Of a stretch of 20,000 nucleotides of DNA, positions 7,375 to 17,498 are shown piece after piece (positions within the stretch are counted from its first letter, which is position 1; each line of letters opens with the position of its first letter). The stretch is from Spirochaetales bacterium. GTDB taxonomy: Bacteria; Spirochaetota; Spirochaetia; Treponematales; UBA12059. The stretch is taken from the NCBI GenBank assembly GCA_016928955.1, contig JAFGJV010000033.1, positions 54,413 to 74,412 on the forward strand, given 5' to 3'. The position numbers were made by a program, and so were the translations under genes. The notes under the pieces are model-generated. The model was not told where the DNA came from and did not search any database. It worked only from the letters and a program-made list of their open reading frames with translations.

Positions 7375-9918
7375 TTACTCTTCGGTATCGCTCGGAGCTG
7401 CGCTGGTTTGTTCCTCGGTACCTGCCTCCGTCCCAGTAGCGTCGCGCAAATTCGGCTCAGCCTCTAGGCTTGCTCCCGCCGGACTGTCGCCCTCTTCCTC
7501 CCGGGCTATACGATCCATGCCAACCACAAAATCGGGCGCGTCTATGTTGACTATCCGGACTCCCTTGGCCGTTTTACCGCACAGCCGGACACCTTCGGCC
7601 TTGATCTTCAGGGTTTTGCCCAGGCTGGTCATGATCACCACATCGTCGCTTTCACGTATGGATATGGCGCATACCAGGTCGCCGTTCTCTGGATCGTAGA
7701 TGCGCTGTCCGCCGGTACCACGCCCGTGTTCGGAGAAGTTGTCGTAGTCAGTGCGCTTGCCATAGCCCGTTTCGCTGATCAACAGCATCTGTTCGTTCTC
7801 GGCTACTCGGAGCATGGCGCACAGTTCGTCCTCGGCTACCTTCAGGCTGATACCCCTGACGCCTCGGCTTCCCCTGCCCATAACCCGTACGGCTTCTTCT
7901 TTGATGCGAAGGGCCTGGCCGCGCTTGGTGATCAAGACCACCTCGTTCGAACCGCTGGTCTTGCACGCCGATACCAGCCGGTCGTTTTCATCCAGATGGA
8001 TGGCTATGATGCCCCTGGCCTTGGCGTTGACAAATTCCTTGGTCGCCACCTTTTTCACAACACCGCGCAAGGTACCAAGCATCAGGAAGACGTCGTCGGT
8101 AAAGCCCTTGATGTCAACGATGGTGGTGATTTCCTCGTCCGGGCCAATGGCCAGAAGGCTCTTGATATGGGCACCGCGCGCGGCCTTGCTGGCCTCCGGG
8201 ATTTCATGCACCTTTTGCCAGTACGCCTTGCCTGCGCTGGTGATGAACATCAGGTAGTCATGGGTATTGGCGATGAATATCTGCTCTATGAAATCATCCT
8301 CGAGCAAGGCCGCCGAATTGGATCCCTTGCCTCCCCTGCCCTGGTTCTTGTAGGCGCTGGTGGCAACGCGTTTGATGAAGCCCTTGTTCGATATGAGGAT
8401 GACCATTTCCTCGCGCTTGATCAAATCCTCTATATTGATAGCCTCAACCTCGTCATGGACGATTTCCGTCCGCCTGGGATCGCCGTATTTATCGGCGATG
8501 ACCCTGGTCTCTTCCTTTATCAATGCCAGGATCTTGGGCGGGTTGGCCAGCAGATCCTTGTAGTAGGCGATCTTGGCGCGGATTTCTTCCAACTCTGCGC
8601 GAAGCTTCTCTATTTCAAGGCTGGTAAGGCGACCCAGACGCATGTCGACGATGGCCTGAGCCTGTATCTCGCTCAGGGCAAAACGCTCCATTAGGGCTAT
8701 CTTGGCGGCGTCCACGTTGGCCGACGCCTTGATAATGCGCACTACCTCGTCGATATTCTCGATGGCTATGACCAAGCCTTCCAAGATGTGGGCGCGTTCC
8801 TCCGCCTTGCGAAGCTCGAAGCGCGTCCTCCTTGTGACCACATCCACCCGGTGGTCGACAAAGCACTTGATCAGGTCTTTCAGGGACAGGAGCTTGGGCC
8901 GGCCCCCTACCAGGGCCAGGTTGATGACGCCGAAGGTAGACTGGAGCGGCGTGTGCGCGAACAGGCGGTTGAGGACCAGCTTGGCCACGGCGCCGCGCTT
9001 CAGTTCGATCACCACGCGCATGCCCTCGCGGTCTGACTCGTCGCGTACGTCCGAGGCCCCGTCCACCACCTTGTCGCGCATCAGCTCGGCTATCTTGACG
9101 ATCAGGTTGGCCTTGTTGACGGTATAGGGAATCTCCGTAAAGACGATCTGTTCCCTGCCGCCTTTCAGCGTCTCTATGCTGAACTTGCCGCGGACGGTCA
9201 GCTTGCCTTTTCCGTTTATATACGCTTCCCGTATGCCCCGTTTGCCAAAAATAATGCCGCCGGTCGGGAAATCCGGACCGATCACATACTTCATCAGTCC
9301 GTCTATGCTGATGTCCGGGTTGTCAATGTAGGCCGCAATGGCATCCGTCACCTCGCCAAGATTATGGGGAGCCATGTTGGTGGCCATGCCCACGGCGATG
9401 CCCGACGACCCATTGACCAGGAGATTCGGGAAGGACGCAGGCAGCACGACGGGTTCCCGCAGGCTCTCGTCGTAGTTGGGCACAAAGTCCACGGTTTCCT
9501 TGTCCAAGTCCGCGAGCATTTCGTCGCCCAGCTTGGACAGCTTGGCTTCCGTATAGCGGCTGGCGGCTGGCGGGTCACCATCCACCGAGCCGAAATTGCC
9601 CTGCCCCTGTACCAGGGGATAGCGCAGGCTGAAATCCTGGGCCATGCGCACCAACGCGTCGTACAGCGACAGGTCACCGTGCGGATGGTACTTACCCATG
9701 GCGTCACCGGTTATACGGGCGCTTTTTTTTGTTGCGGCGCTGGGCTTCAGGCCCAGTTCGTCCATGGCGAACAAAAGGCGCCTGTGTACGGGTTTGAGGC
9801 CATCCCGGGCATCGGGCAAGGCGCGGGCCACGATGACGCTCATGGCGTAGTTCAGATACGCCGTCTTTACTTCTTCTTCTATCGGGACAGGGATTATCTT
9901 GCCGGTCAGTTCTGCCAT
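7375..9918 (-). CDS. gyrA: DNA gyrase subunit A
   Basis: Motifs [21 protein letters not shown], catalytic [15 protein letters not shown]. The GyrA-box QGRGGKG distinguishes it from ParC. Acidic C-terminal tail. Confidence 0.97.
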   Translation of the reverse strand: MAELTGKIIPVPIEEEVKTAYLNYAMSVIVARALPDARDGLKPVHRRLLFAMDELGLKPSAATKKSARITGDAMGKYHPHGDLSLYDALVRMAQDFSLRYPLVQGQGNFGSVDGDPPAASRYTEAKLSKLGDEMLADLDKETVDFVPNYDESLREPVVLPASFPNLLVNGSSGIAVGMATNMAPHNLGEVTDAIAAYIDNPDISIDGLMKYVIGPDFPTGGIIFGKRGIREAYINGKGKLTVRGKFSIETLKGGREQIVFTEIPYTVNKANLIVKIAELMRDKVVDGASDVRDESDREGMRVVIELKRGAVAKLVLNRLFAHTPLQSTFGVINLALVGGRPKLLSLKDLIKCFVDHRVDVVTRRTRFELRKAEERAHILEGLVIAIENIDEVVRIIKASANVDAAKIALMERFALSEIQAQAIVDMRLGRLTSLEIEKLRAELEEIRAKIAYYKDLLANPPKILALIKEETRVIADKYGDPRRTEIVHDEVEAINIEDLIKREEMVILISNKGFIKRVATSAYKNQGRGGKGSNSAALLEDDFIEQIFIANTHDYLMFITSAGKAYWQKVHEIPEASKAARGAHIKSLLAIGPDEEITTIVDIKGFTDDVFLMLGTLRGVVKKVATKEFVNAKARGIIAIHLDENDRLVSACKTSGSNEVVLITKRGQALRIKEEAVRVMGRGSRGVRGISLKVAEDELCAMLRVAENEQMLLISETGYGKRTDYDNFSEHGRGTGGQRIYDPENGDLVCAISIRESDDVVIMTSLGKTLKIKAEGVRLCGKTAKGVRIVNIDAPDFVVGMDRIAREEEGDSPAGASLEAEPNLRDATGTEAGTEEQTSAAPSDTEE

Positions 9919-9919
9919 G

Positions 9920-11887
<1,968 letters not shown>

Positions 11888-11922
11888 TTACGGTCGAGAA
11901 CGGGCCTTCCGCGTGAAGCTGC

Positions 11923-11951
11923 AGTATATCCTTGACGCCCAGAAAAGTAAA
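11923..11951 (-). promoter_or_regulatory. Putative sigma70 promoter for gyrB-gyrA
   Basis: Minus strand TTTACT-17 nt-TATACT, about 95 nt upstream of the gyrB ATG. Confidence 0.55.
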
Positions 11952-11993
11952 GAACACGCCACTATATAGGAAAGTTCTCGTTTGTCTTTTCAA

Positions 11994-12238
11994 TGTGGAT
12001 AACGTGTGGAAAAAATACAATTTCCTTTCCTGTAAAGGAATAAGGACACGTATAGTATATTCCCTATTTATTCTGCGTGTAGCAACAAGGGATTTATTTT
12101 ATTATTTAGTAACAATTTATTGGTTTCATGCATGTTTTGGACTCTTTTGATGAAACATATACCCTCTATGGCGGAAAAACGAAGAGTGCTATACTCTCCG
12201 AATATTCTGCTGGAAGTCTGTGGATAACTTGTGGGAAG
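11994..12238. promoter_or_regulatory. DnaA-box cluster upstream of dnaA (oriC sub-region 1 / dnaA autoregulation)
   Basis: TGTGGATAA 11994-12002, TGTGGAAAA 12005-12013, TGTGGATAA 12219-12227 and degenerate TGTGGGAAG 12230-12238, arranged as two tandem pairs with an 11-bp period. AT-rich tract at about 12050-12130. Confidence 0.85.
12187..12195 (+). promoter_or_regulatory. Putative extended -10 promoter of dnaA
   Basis: TGCTATACT (TGn-TATACT), with the DnaA-box pair 12219-12238 just downstream, as expected for autorepression. Confidence 0.5.
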
Positions 12239-12309
12239 CCGCGCGGGGACATCCGTAAGGCGCCTGCTGTACTTGATCGAGACACTGGCAAACACGGAGA
12301 AACGACCCT

Positions 12310-13680
12310 ATGAGCGAATGGGATTACAGCCTGTTTTGGAACGAAGCGCTGAGCCAGTTCAGCAAGGAACTCAGCGAACAGGAATTCTCCATGTGGTTCA
12401 ACATAAGCTACGATTCTTCCCAACAGGATACCATCAGGGTTCGGGTACCTTCATCGTTCTACCGTGACCATCTGGACAAGGCCTACCGCCCCGCCATTGA
12501 AGCCAAGCTTTTCGATCTGTCGGGCAAGCGGCTGAAGGTGGAATTTGTCATCGTCAAACCGAACGAGCATGCCCAGCCGAAACCCGCCGCGCAGACCGCC
12601 AAACCGAGCGCCAAGCCCGCCCAGGAAACGCCAAAAACCCAGCACCCCCAGCTTCAGCCTGAGCACAATTTTGAAAACTACGTGATTGCAGAAAACAACG
12701 CTTTTGCCGCCAATGCGGCCATGGCTATATCATCAAACCCGGGCATGGCCTACAATCCTTTCCTGATATACGGAGGCGTTGGCCTGGGCAAAACCCACCT
12801 GATGCAGGCCATAGGCAACCGCGCGTACGCCCTGAACCCAAAACTGAAAATCATCTGCATTACCTCAGAAAATTTTTCCAACGACTTTGTCAGCGCCATC
12901 ACCAACCAGACCATGCCGGCTTTCAAGAACCGCTACCGCTCGGCGGACATGCTCCTGATAGACGACATCCATTTCTTTGAGAAAAAAGAGGGCTTCCAGG
13001 ACGAGGTCTTCCACACCTTCAACGCCCTCTACGAATCCAAAAAGCAGATGGTATTCACCAGCGACAGGCCGGCTTCCGAACTCAAAAACCTGTCAGAACG
13101 CCTCCGCAGCCGCTTTGAACGCGGCCTCAACGTGGATCTGTTGCCGCCAAACTATGAAACCAGGCTGGCCATCTTACGGCGTAAAATGGAACATACAAAA
13201 ATAAAAGTTCCTGACGATGTACTCGACGTCATATCCCACAACATATCCACAAACGTAAGGGATCTTGAGGCGGCGCTTTTGAAACTGACGGCCTACGCCG
13301 AGCTGGTGGGCATAGACATAACCATGGAAATAGCCCAGCAACAGCTGAGGGACGTATTCAGCCAATCCAGGCACGGCAACGTGACTATTGACCACATCAT
13401 CAGGACGGTGGCCGAGCAGTTCAAGGTGACCAGCAACGACCTCAAAGGAAAAAAACGAACCAAAACCATTGTCTTTCCCCGTCAGGTCGCCATGTACATT
13501 GCCAGGGAGATCACCGAGTACTCAACCACCGAGCTTGGTTTGGAATTCGGTGGCCGTGACCACACCACCGTCATGCACTCCTGCCAGAAAATTGACGAAC
13601 GCCTCCGTACCGATCCGGCCCTGGATGTGACCCTCCAAAAACTCATTCAGACTATCAAGCAAGCCAGTATTAAAAACTGA
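12310..13680 (+). CDS. dnaA: Chromosomal replication initiator DnaA
   Basis: Motifs YNPFLIYGGVGLGKTHL, LLIDDIHF, FHTFNAL, RLRSRF, NVRDLEAAL, PRQVAMY, FGGRDHTTVMH. Confidence 0.98.
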   Translation: MSEWDYSLFWNEALSQFSKELSEQEFSMWFNISYDSSQQDTIRVRVPSSFYRDHLDKAYRPAIEAKLFDLSGKRLKVEFVIVKPNEHAQPKPAAQTAKPSAKPAQETPKTQHPQLQPEHNFENYVIAENNAFAANAAMAISSNPGMAYNPFLIYGGVGLGKTHLMQAIGNRAYALNPKLKIICITSENFSNDFVSAITNQTMPAFKNRYRSADMLLIDDIHFFEKKEGFQDEVFHTFNALYESKKQMVFTSDRPASELKNLSERLRSRFERGLNVDLLPPNYETRLAILRRKMEHTKIKVPDDVLDVISHNISTNVRDLEAALLKLTAYAELVGIDITMEIAQQQLRDVFSQSRHGNVTIDHIIRTVAEQFKVTSNDLKGKKRTKTIVFPRQVAMYIAREITEYSTTELGLEFGGRDHTTVMHSCQKIDERLRTDPALDVTLQKLIQTIKQASIKN

Positions 13681-13870
13681 AGGCTCAAAGCCATTTTTGA
13701 AGTCAAGTAGCCTCCAACAGGGTGATGAAGCAGAAGGCATTGCGTTTTCCATTATACTGCTCATACCCTTTGGTTTTGAGGTTTTCTGCTGGTGAAACCT
13801 AAACATCCAGGTTTTCCGCGGGTCATAACCTGCGCATACACCCTGAATATCCGGTGTGTAAGTGACCTAC

Positions 13871-14040
13871 TTGTCCACCGAAACTCCGTTCCTGTGGACA
13901 AAGTGCATAAGCTGGTTCGAAAAAGCAAGGTTTTTTCTACATGCTAAGTTCTTTTACTAAAAGAAAAAAATTGACTTTTACACATTGCGTTATGCTTATT
14001 ATTACTACTACAAATTTATATAAATTTATTTACATAATAG
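13871..14040. other. oriC unwinding region (DnaA boxes, DnaA-trios, AT-rich DUE) between dnaA and dnaN
   Basis: Boxes: TTGTCCACC 13871-13879, TGTGGACAA 13893-13901, AGTGCATAA 13902-13910, TTTTCTACA 13933-13941, TTTTACACA 13976-13984 (fits TTWTNCACA). Then trios TTA TTA TTA CTA CTA at 13996-14010 and an AT-only palindrome AAATTTATATAAATTT at 14012-14027. Confidence 0.82.
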
Positions 14041-14125
14041 AGAAACTCTTTCTAAAGTCGGACGAGTTTTGAAATTGGCTCTAGGGTCTGAAAAAACCAC
14101 CCCTCAACTCTTTGAGGCTTAGTCG

Positions 14126-14155
14126 TTGCGCTGGGCCCCTCCTTCGTGCTATTCT
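14126..14155 (+). promoter_or_regulatory. Putative promoter for dnaN-recF-dciA
   Basis: TTGCGC-18 nt-TATTCT with an extended TG at 14147-14148, 30 nt before the dnaN ATG. Confidence 0.45.
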
Positions 14156-14185
14156 GTCGTGAAACGTGCTAATCCGAGGTTGACC

Positions 14186-15289
14186 ATGAAATTTACCTGC
14201 GACAAAAGCGCCTTCCAGAAGGAAATTTCATTCGCTCAGGAGATCATATCGTCCAAGAGCGCCGTGTCCGTCGTATCCAATGTCTATCTCGAGGCCCAGG
14301 ACAACACACTTCTGATCAGGGCTACTGACATAAAACTTGGCTTTGAGACCAGGATGCCGGTAGAAGTTCAGGAACCGGGCGGAAGCACGGTGTTTTGCGA
14401 CAAGCTCGGCGGAATTCTGGCCAGTATCCCGGACGGCACCATAGAGATTGACCAGAAGGATTCTCGTGTTGTCATCAAGCCGACTTTCAAAAAGGCCCAG
14501 TTCAGCCTCAAGACCATAGCCAGCGACCAGTTTCCCCAGTTGCCTGACATAGACGACAGCGCGTACTTTCCCGTGCCCTCAGCGGACTTCAAGGCCATGA
14601 TAGCCCAGACCGTGTTCGCGGTATCCGATGACGAGACCAGGTATTTCATGAACGGTGTATACCTGGAACGGGCCGAAGACGGTCTTGTTATGGTGGCAAC
14701 GGATGGAAGGCGCCTTGCGTTTTACAAAAAGGCCCTGACCGATTCGCTTCCCCTGTTCAAGAGCGTCATTGTTCCGCCCAAGGTGCTGTCCCTCATACTC
14801 AAGCGCTGTCCGGACGAAGGTCAGATATTTCTGGCGATCAACGACAAAAACCTCTTTGTAAAATTCGGCATGTACAAAATGAGCACGATTTTGATCGAAG
14901 GCCAGTTCCCGAATTACCAGAAGGTCATACCGGAAAGCCAGCAGTACGAGCTCCGGTTCAAGCGTTCCGAGTTCCTGGAAGCCCTGCGTCGCGTATCAAT
15001 TTTCGTGGAGCAAAAATCCAGAAGGACGTTCTTTTCTCTGGCCCAGGACAAGGTAGTGCTTTCCTCAGAAGAAGGAGATATTGGAACAGCCAGGGAAGAG
15101 TTGTCATGCGCCTATGAGGGTCCGGAGGCGGTAATAGCCATGAATTACCGCTATATAGAGGAACCCCTGCGCTACATGGACAGTGACGACGTAACGCTCA
15201 GGTTCACTGAAACCGGTCGGGCTGTTACGGTGTCTCCGGAACCTGCTGGCGACTATTTCCACGTCCTTATGCCCATGCAGGTTGACTGA
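14186..15289 (+). CDS. dnaN: DNA polymerase III beta sliding clamp
   Basis: Begins MKFTCDK. Motifs FAVSDDETRYFMNG, VATDGRRLA, LIEGQFPNYQKVIP, C-terminal VLMPM. GAGG precedes ATG 14186. Confidence 0.96.
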   Translation: MKFTCDKSAFQKEISFAQEIISSKSAVSVVSNVYLEAQDNTLLIRATDIKLGFETRMPVEVQEPGGSTVFCDKLGGILASIPDGTIEIDQKDSRVVIKPTFKKAQFSLKTIASDQFPQLPDIDDSAYFPVPSADFKAMIAQTVFAVSDDETRYFMNGVYLERAEDGLVMVATDGRRLAFYKKALTDSLPLFKSVIVPPKVLSLILKRCPDEGQIFLAINDKNLFVKFGMYKMSTILIEGQFPNYQKVIPESQQYELRFKRSEFLEALRRVSIFVEQKSRRTFFSLAQDKVVLSSEEGDIGTAREELSCAYEGPEAVIAMNYRYIEEPLRYMDSDDVTLRFTETGRAVTVSPEPAGDYFHVLMPMQVD

Positions 15290-15302
15290 CGGCCCTCCGG
15301 GC

Positions 15303-16394
15303 ATGGCCACTACCTCAATACAGACGGTTTCTTTCCGTAACCTTGAAGATGACACCGTGGACGTTTCGGCGCCCACGGTGTTTCTTGTCGGTGAGAACGG
15401 CCAAGGAAAGTCCAATTTTCTTGACGCGCTGTATACCCTCTCGTACGGCGCGTCGTTCCGGGGCGGCACTGACCTGGAGGCTGCCAAGCTCGGAACAAAG
15501 GCCTGGTCCTTGCGTCGACAGTCTAATGACGATACCGGGCTGGACGACGAACTGGTCGTTGCCTGGGATGAGGGCAAAAAGCTCCTCAAGGAAAACGGTA
15601 AAGCCATTCCGGACAGGAAATACCTGGTCGACAAGACTCCAGCCGTGGTGTTCTGCCACGGGGACATGGAATTTGCCCAGGGCGAGCCGGAGCGCAGGCG
15701 CTTTTTTTTCGACCAAACGGCCGGATTAGTGTCCTTGGCTTATATCGATGCCCTGAGGTCCTACCGCCGGGCGCTCAAGGCAAGGAACGCGGCGCTAAAG
15801 GAAAAAATGCTCGATGTCCTGGATATACTGGATATCCAGCTGGCCACCTACGGGACGGAACTGATAGGCGGGCGCAAGGATCTGATACAAGGCTTTGAGA
15901 ATATGTTCAGCGAACGGTACGAACAAGTATCCAGACTGGGAAGCAAGGTTGGCCTGGAGTATAGGCCGTCATGGCCCGCCGAGTGTTCAAGCGACGAAAT
16001 CAACGACAGGCTCCTGGCATCCCGCGAACGCGAGGTGATGTTTGGAACCACGCTCTCGGGGCCCCATAGAGACCGCTTTGTGTTTATTGACGACCATGGG
16101 GATTTTTCTGCCAGGGCTTCTACGGGCCAGCTGAGGCTTTTGGCCCTTACCTTGAGGATAGTCCAGGCGGAATACTGCTCAGGCATGAGCGGCAAGCTAC
16201 CGCTTCTCCTGCTTGACGACGTTCTTCTGGAATTGGATCCGGAAAAGCGCCGCAGGTTCATGGAAAACCTGCCAGCGGCGCGGAAGGCGGTCTTTACCTT
16301 CCTTCCGGGCGAGCCATACGGGGATTATCGTTCGGCCGACACGGCCGTATACTGGGTGGAACATGGACGACTATCGAATACGGCCGGCGTCTGA
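15303..16394 (+). CDS. recF: DNA replication/repair protein RecF
   Basis: FRNL, Walker A GENGQGKSN, GEPERRRFF, GPHRD, ASTGQ, Walker B LLLLDDVLLELD. Start chosen at ATG 15303. Confidence 0.93.
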   Translation: MATTSIQTVSFRNLEDDTVDVSAPTVFLVGENGQGKSNFLDALYTLSYGASFRGGTDLEAAKLGTKAWSLRRQSNDDTGLDDELVVAWDEGKKLLKENGKAIPDRKYLVDKTPAVVFCHGDMEFAQGEPERRRFFFDQTAGLVSLAYIDALRSYRRALKARNAALKEKMLDVLDILDIQLATYGTELIGGRKDLIQGFENMFSERYEQVSRLGSKVGLEYRPSWPAECSSDEINDRLLASREREVMFGTTLSGPHRDRFVFIDDHGDFSARASTGQLRLLALTLRIVQAEYCSGMSGKLPLLLLDDVLLELDPEKRRRFMENLPAARKAVFTFLPGEPYGDYRSADTAVYWVEHGRLSNTAGV

Positions 16395-16863
16395 CATTCT
16401 CTCCAAAGTCCTTGGTCCCAGCTCCGCGGCCAGGGTGGAGCAATGGGCCGGAGTTTTTTCTGGCTGGTCTCGTGTGGCGGGAGACCAATTGGCTGCCCAC
16501 TCCAAGCCCGTAGACATAAAAAACGGTATTGTCATCGTTGAGGCAGACCACCCAGGCTGGATACAACATCTCCAGTTCCGGCAAGAGCGCATGCTCAGGG
16601 AGCTTGTAAAAACCTACCCCGAACTTGACCTCAAGGGTCTTGCTTTCAGGCTGGCGTCTCGTGATTCGGCATACCCAATACGGGATATCGCTAGGAACGA
16701 CCAAGAAACCGGCGGTTCGGCCGATGTCAACGAGGAACCGGAAGACGACACGACGGTGGACAATCAAGCTTCTGATGAGTTGGCGTCCCGGGACCCAGAA
16801 TTCGCCGCCTTGCTGAAATCCGTGAGCGCCAGCCTCAAGCGGAAAAAACCAAGGGCTTCCTGA
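16363..16863 (+). CDS. dciA: DUF721 / DciA-family replicative helicase loader
   Basis: Located directly after recF (32-nt overlap). Motif W..VAG..LAAHS.P.DIKNG...VEADHPGWIQHL, followed by an acidic disordered linker and a basic C-terminal tail. Confidence 0.8.
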   Translation: MDDYRIRPASDILSKVLGPSSAARVEQWAGVFSGWSRVAGDQLAAHSKPVDIKNGIVIVEADHPGWIQHLQFRQERMLRELVKTYPELDLKGLAFRLASRDSAYPIRDIARNDQETGGSADVNEEPEDDTTVDNQASDELASRDPEFAALLKSVSASLKRKKPRAS

Positions 16864-16883
16864 AGCCAGAGCGGAAAAAGCGC

Positions 16884-16912
16884 TTGATTTTTAGGCAGAT
16901 TCCCCGTATCGT
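16884..16912 (+). promoter_or_regulatory. Putative promoter for the CxxC ORF
   Basis: TTGATT-17 nt-TATCGT, ending 15 nt before ATG 16928. Confidence 0.4.
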
Positions 16913-16927
16913 TGCCCACCATCACCT

Positions 16928-17284
16928 ATGAACACACACATACCGATAGAAATTTTCGGGCACGCAAACGCGGAAATATGCGCGTCGTGCGAGGGCCATG
17001 ACTGCTCAGCCTGTTCGGCCGGAGAAAAAACGGCGTTGTCCGAGCTTGTGGCCGAATTCAAGGACCTTCTAGAACGCTCTGAGTTGGGCGCCTTGTACAC
17101 GGCAGAATTGCTGGAAGCAACGGCTGACAACCTTTCGCGCAATCCTGACGTTGAACGGCTTTTGTCCATGGCCCAGCTTGAGCCCGTCATCTGCATAGGC
17201 GGCAAGATCAGCTATCTCGGTGGTTTCAGCCCGCAGGGGCTCCTAGACGAGCTACGAAAAAAGCACGGCCCTACGGATGCGTGA
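16928..17284 (+). CDS. Hypothetical thioredoxin-fold-like protein with two CxxC motifs (YuzD/DUF1462-like)
   Basis: IEIFG...ICASC-EGHD-CSAC near the N-terminus and a cis-Pro-type 'EPVICIGGKISYLG' near the C-terminus. It fills the gap in a co-directional gene run. Confidence 0.65.
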   Translation: MNTHIPIEIFGHANAEICASCEGHDCSACSAGEKTALSELVAEFKDLLERSELGALYTAELLEATADNLSRNPDVERLLSMAQLEPVICIGGKISYLGGFSPQGLLDELRKKHGPTDA

Positions 17285-17498
17285 ATGCCCTTGCCAAGAG
17301 GGAGAAATCGTTGGGAACCCGGAGAAGAGGCCGAGCCATTAAGGGCCTGAAGAAACAGCAGTTTGCGGCTGGTACAACAAATCTGACCTTTTGCACGTAA
17401 GCGGAAAACAGGAATGTTTTCATGAAAGAGCTTGGCAGGATGCTGAAAGGTATAGAGTTTTCACATCCAGCGAAACAACCTAGCACAGAGGAAACACC

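Noticed and set aside
8395..8440. Possible internal start for a separately expressed GyrA C-terminal domain (as with Borrelia Gac) at ...GAG GAA ATG
   Set aside because: The GAGG is only 2 nt from the ATG and I found no internal promoter, so the sequence does not support it.
12570..12660. Imperfect AKP/KPA repeats in dnaA
   Set aside because: This is the ordinary low-complexity DnaA domain II linker, not a repeat element.
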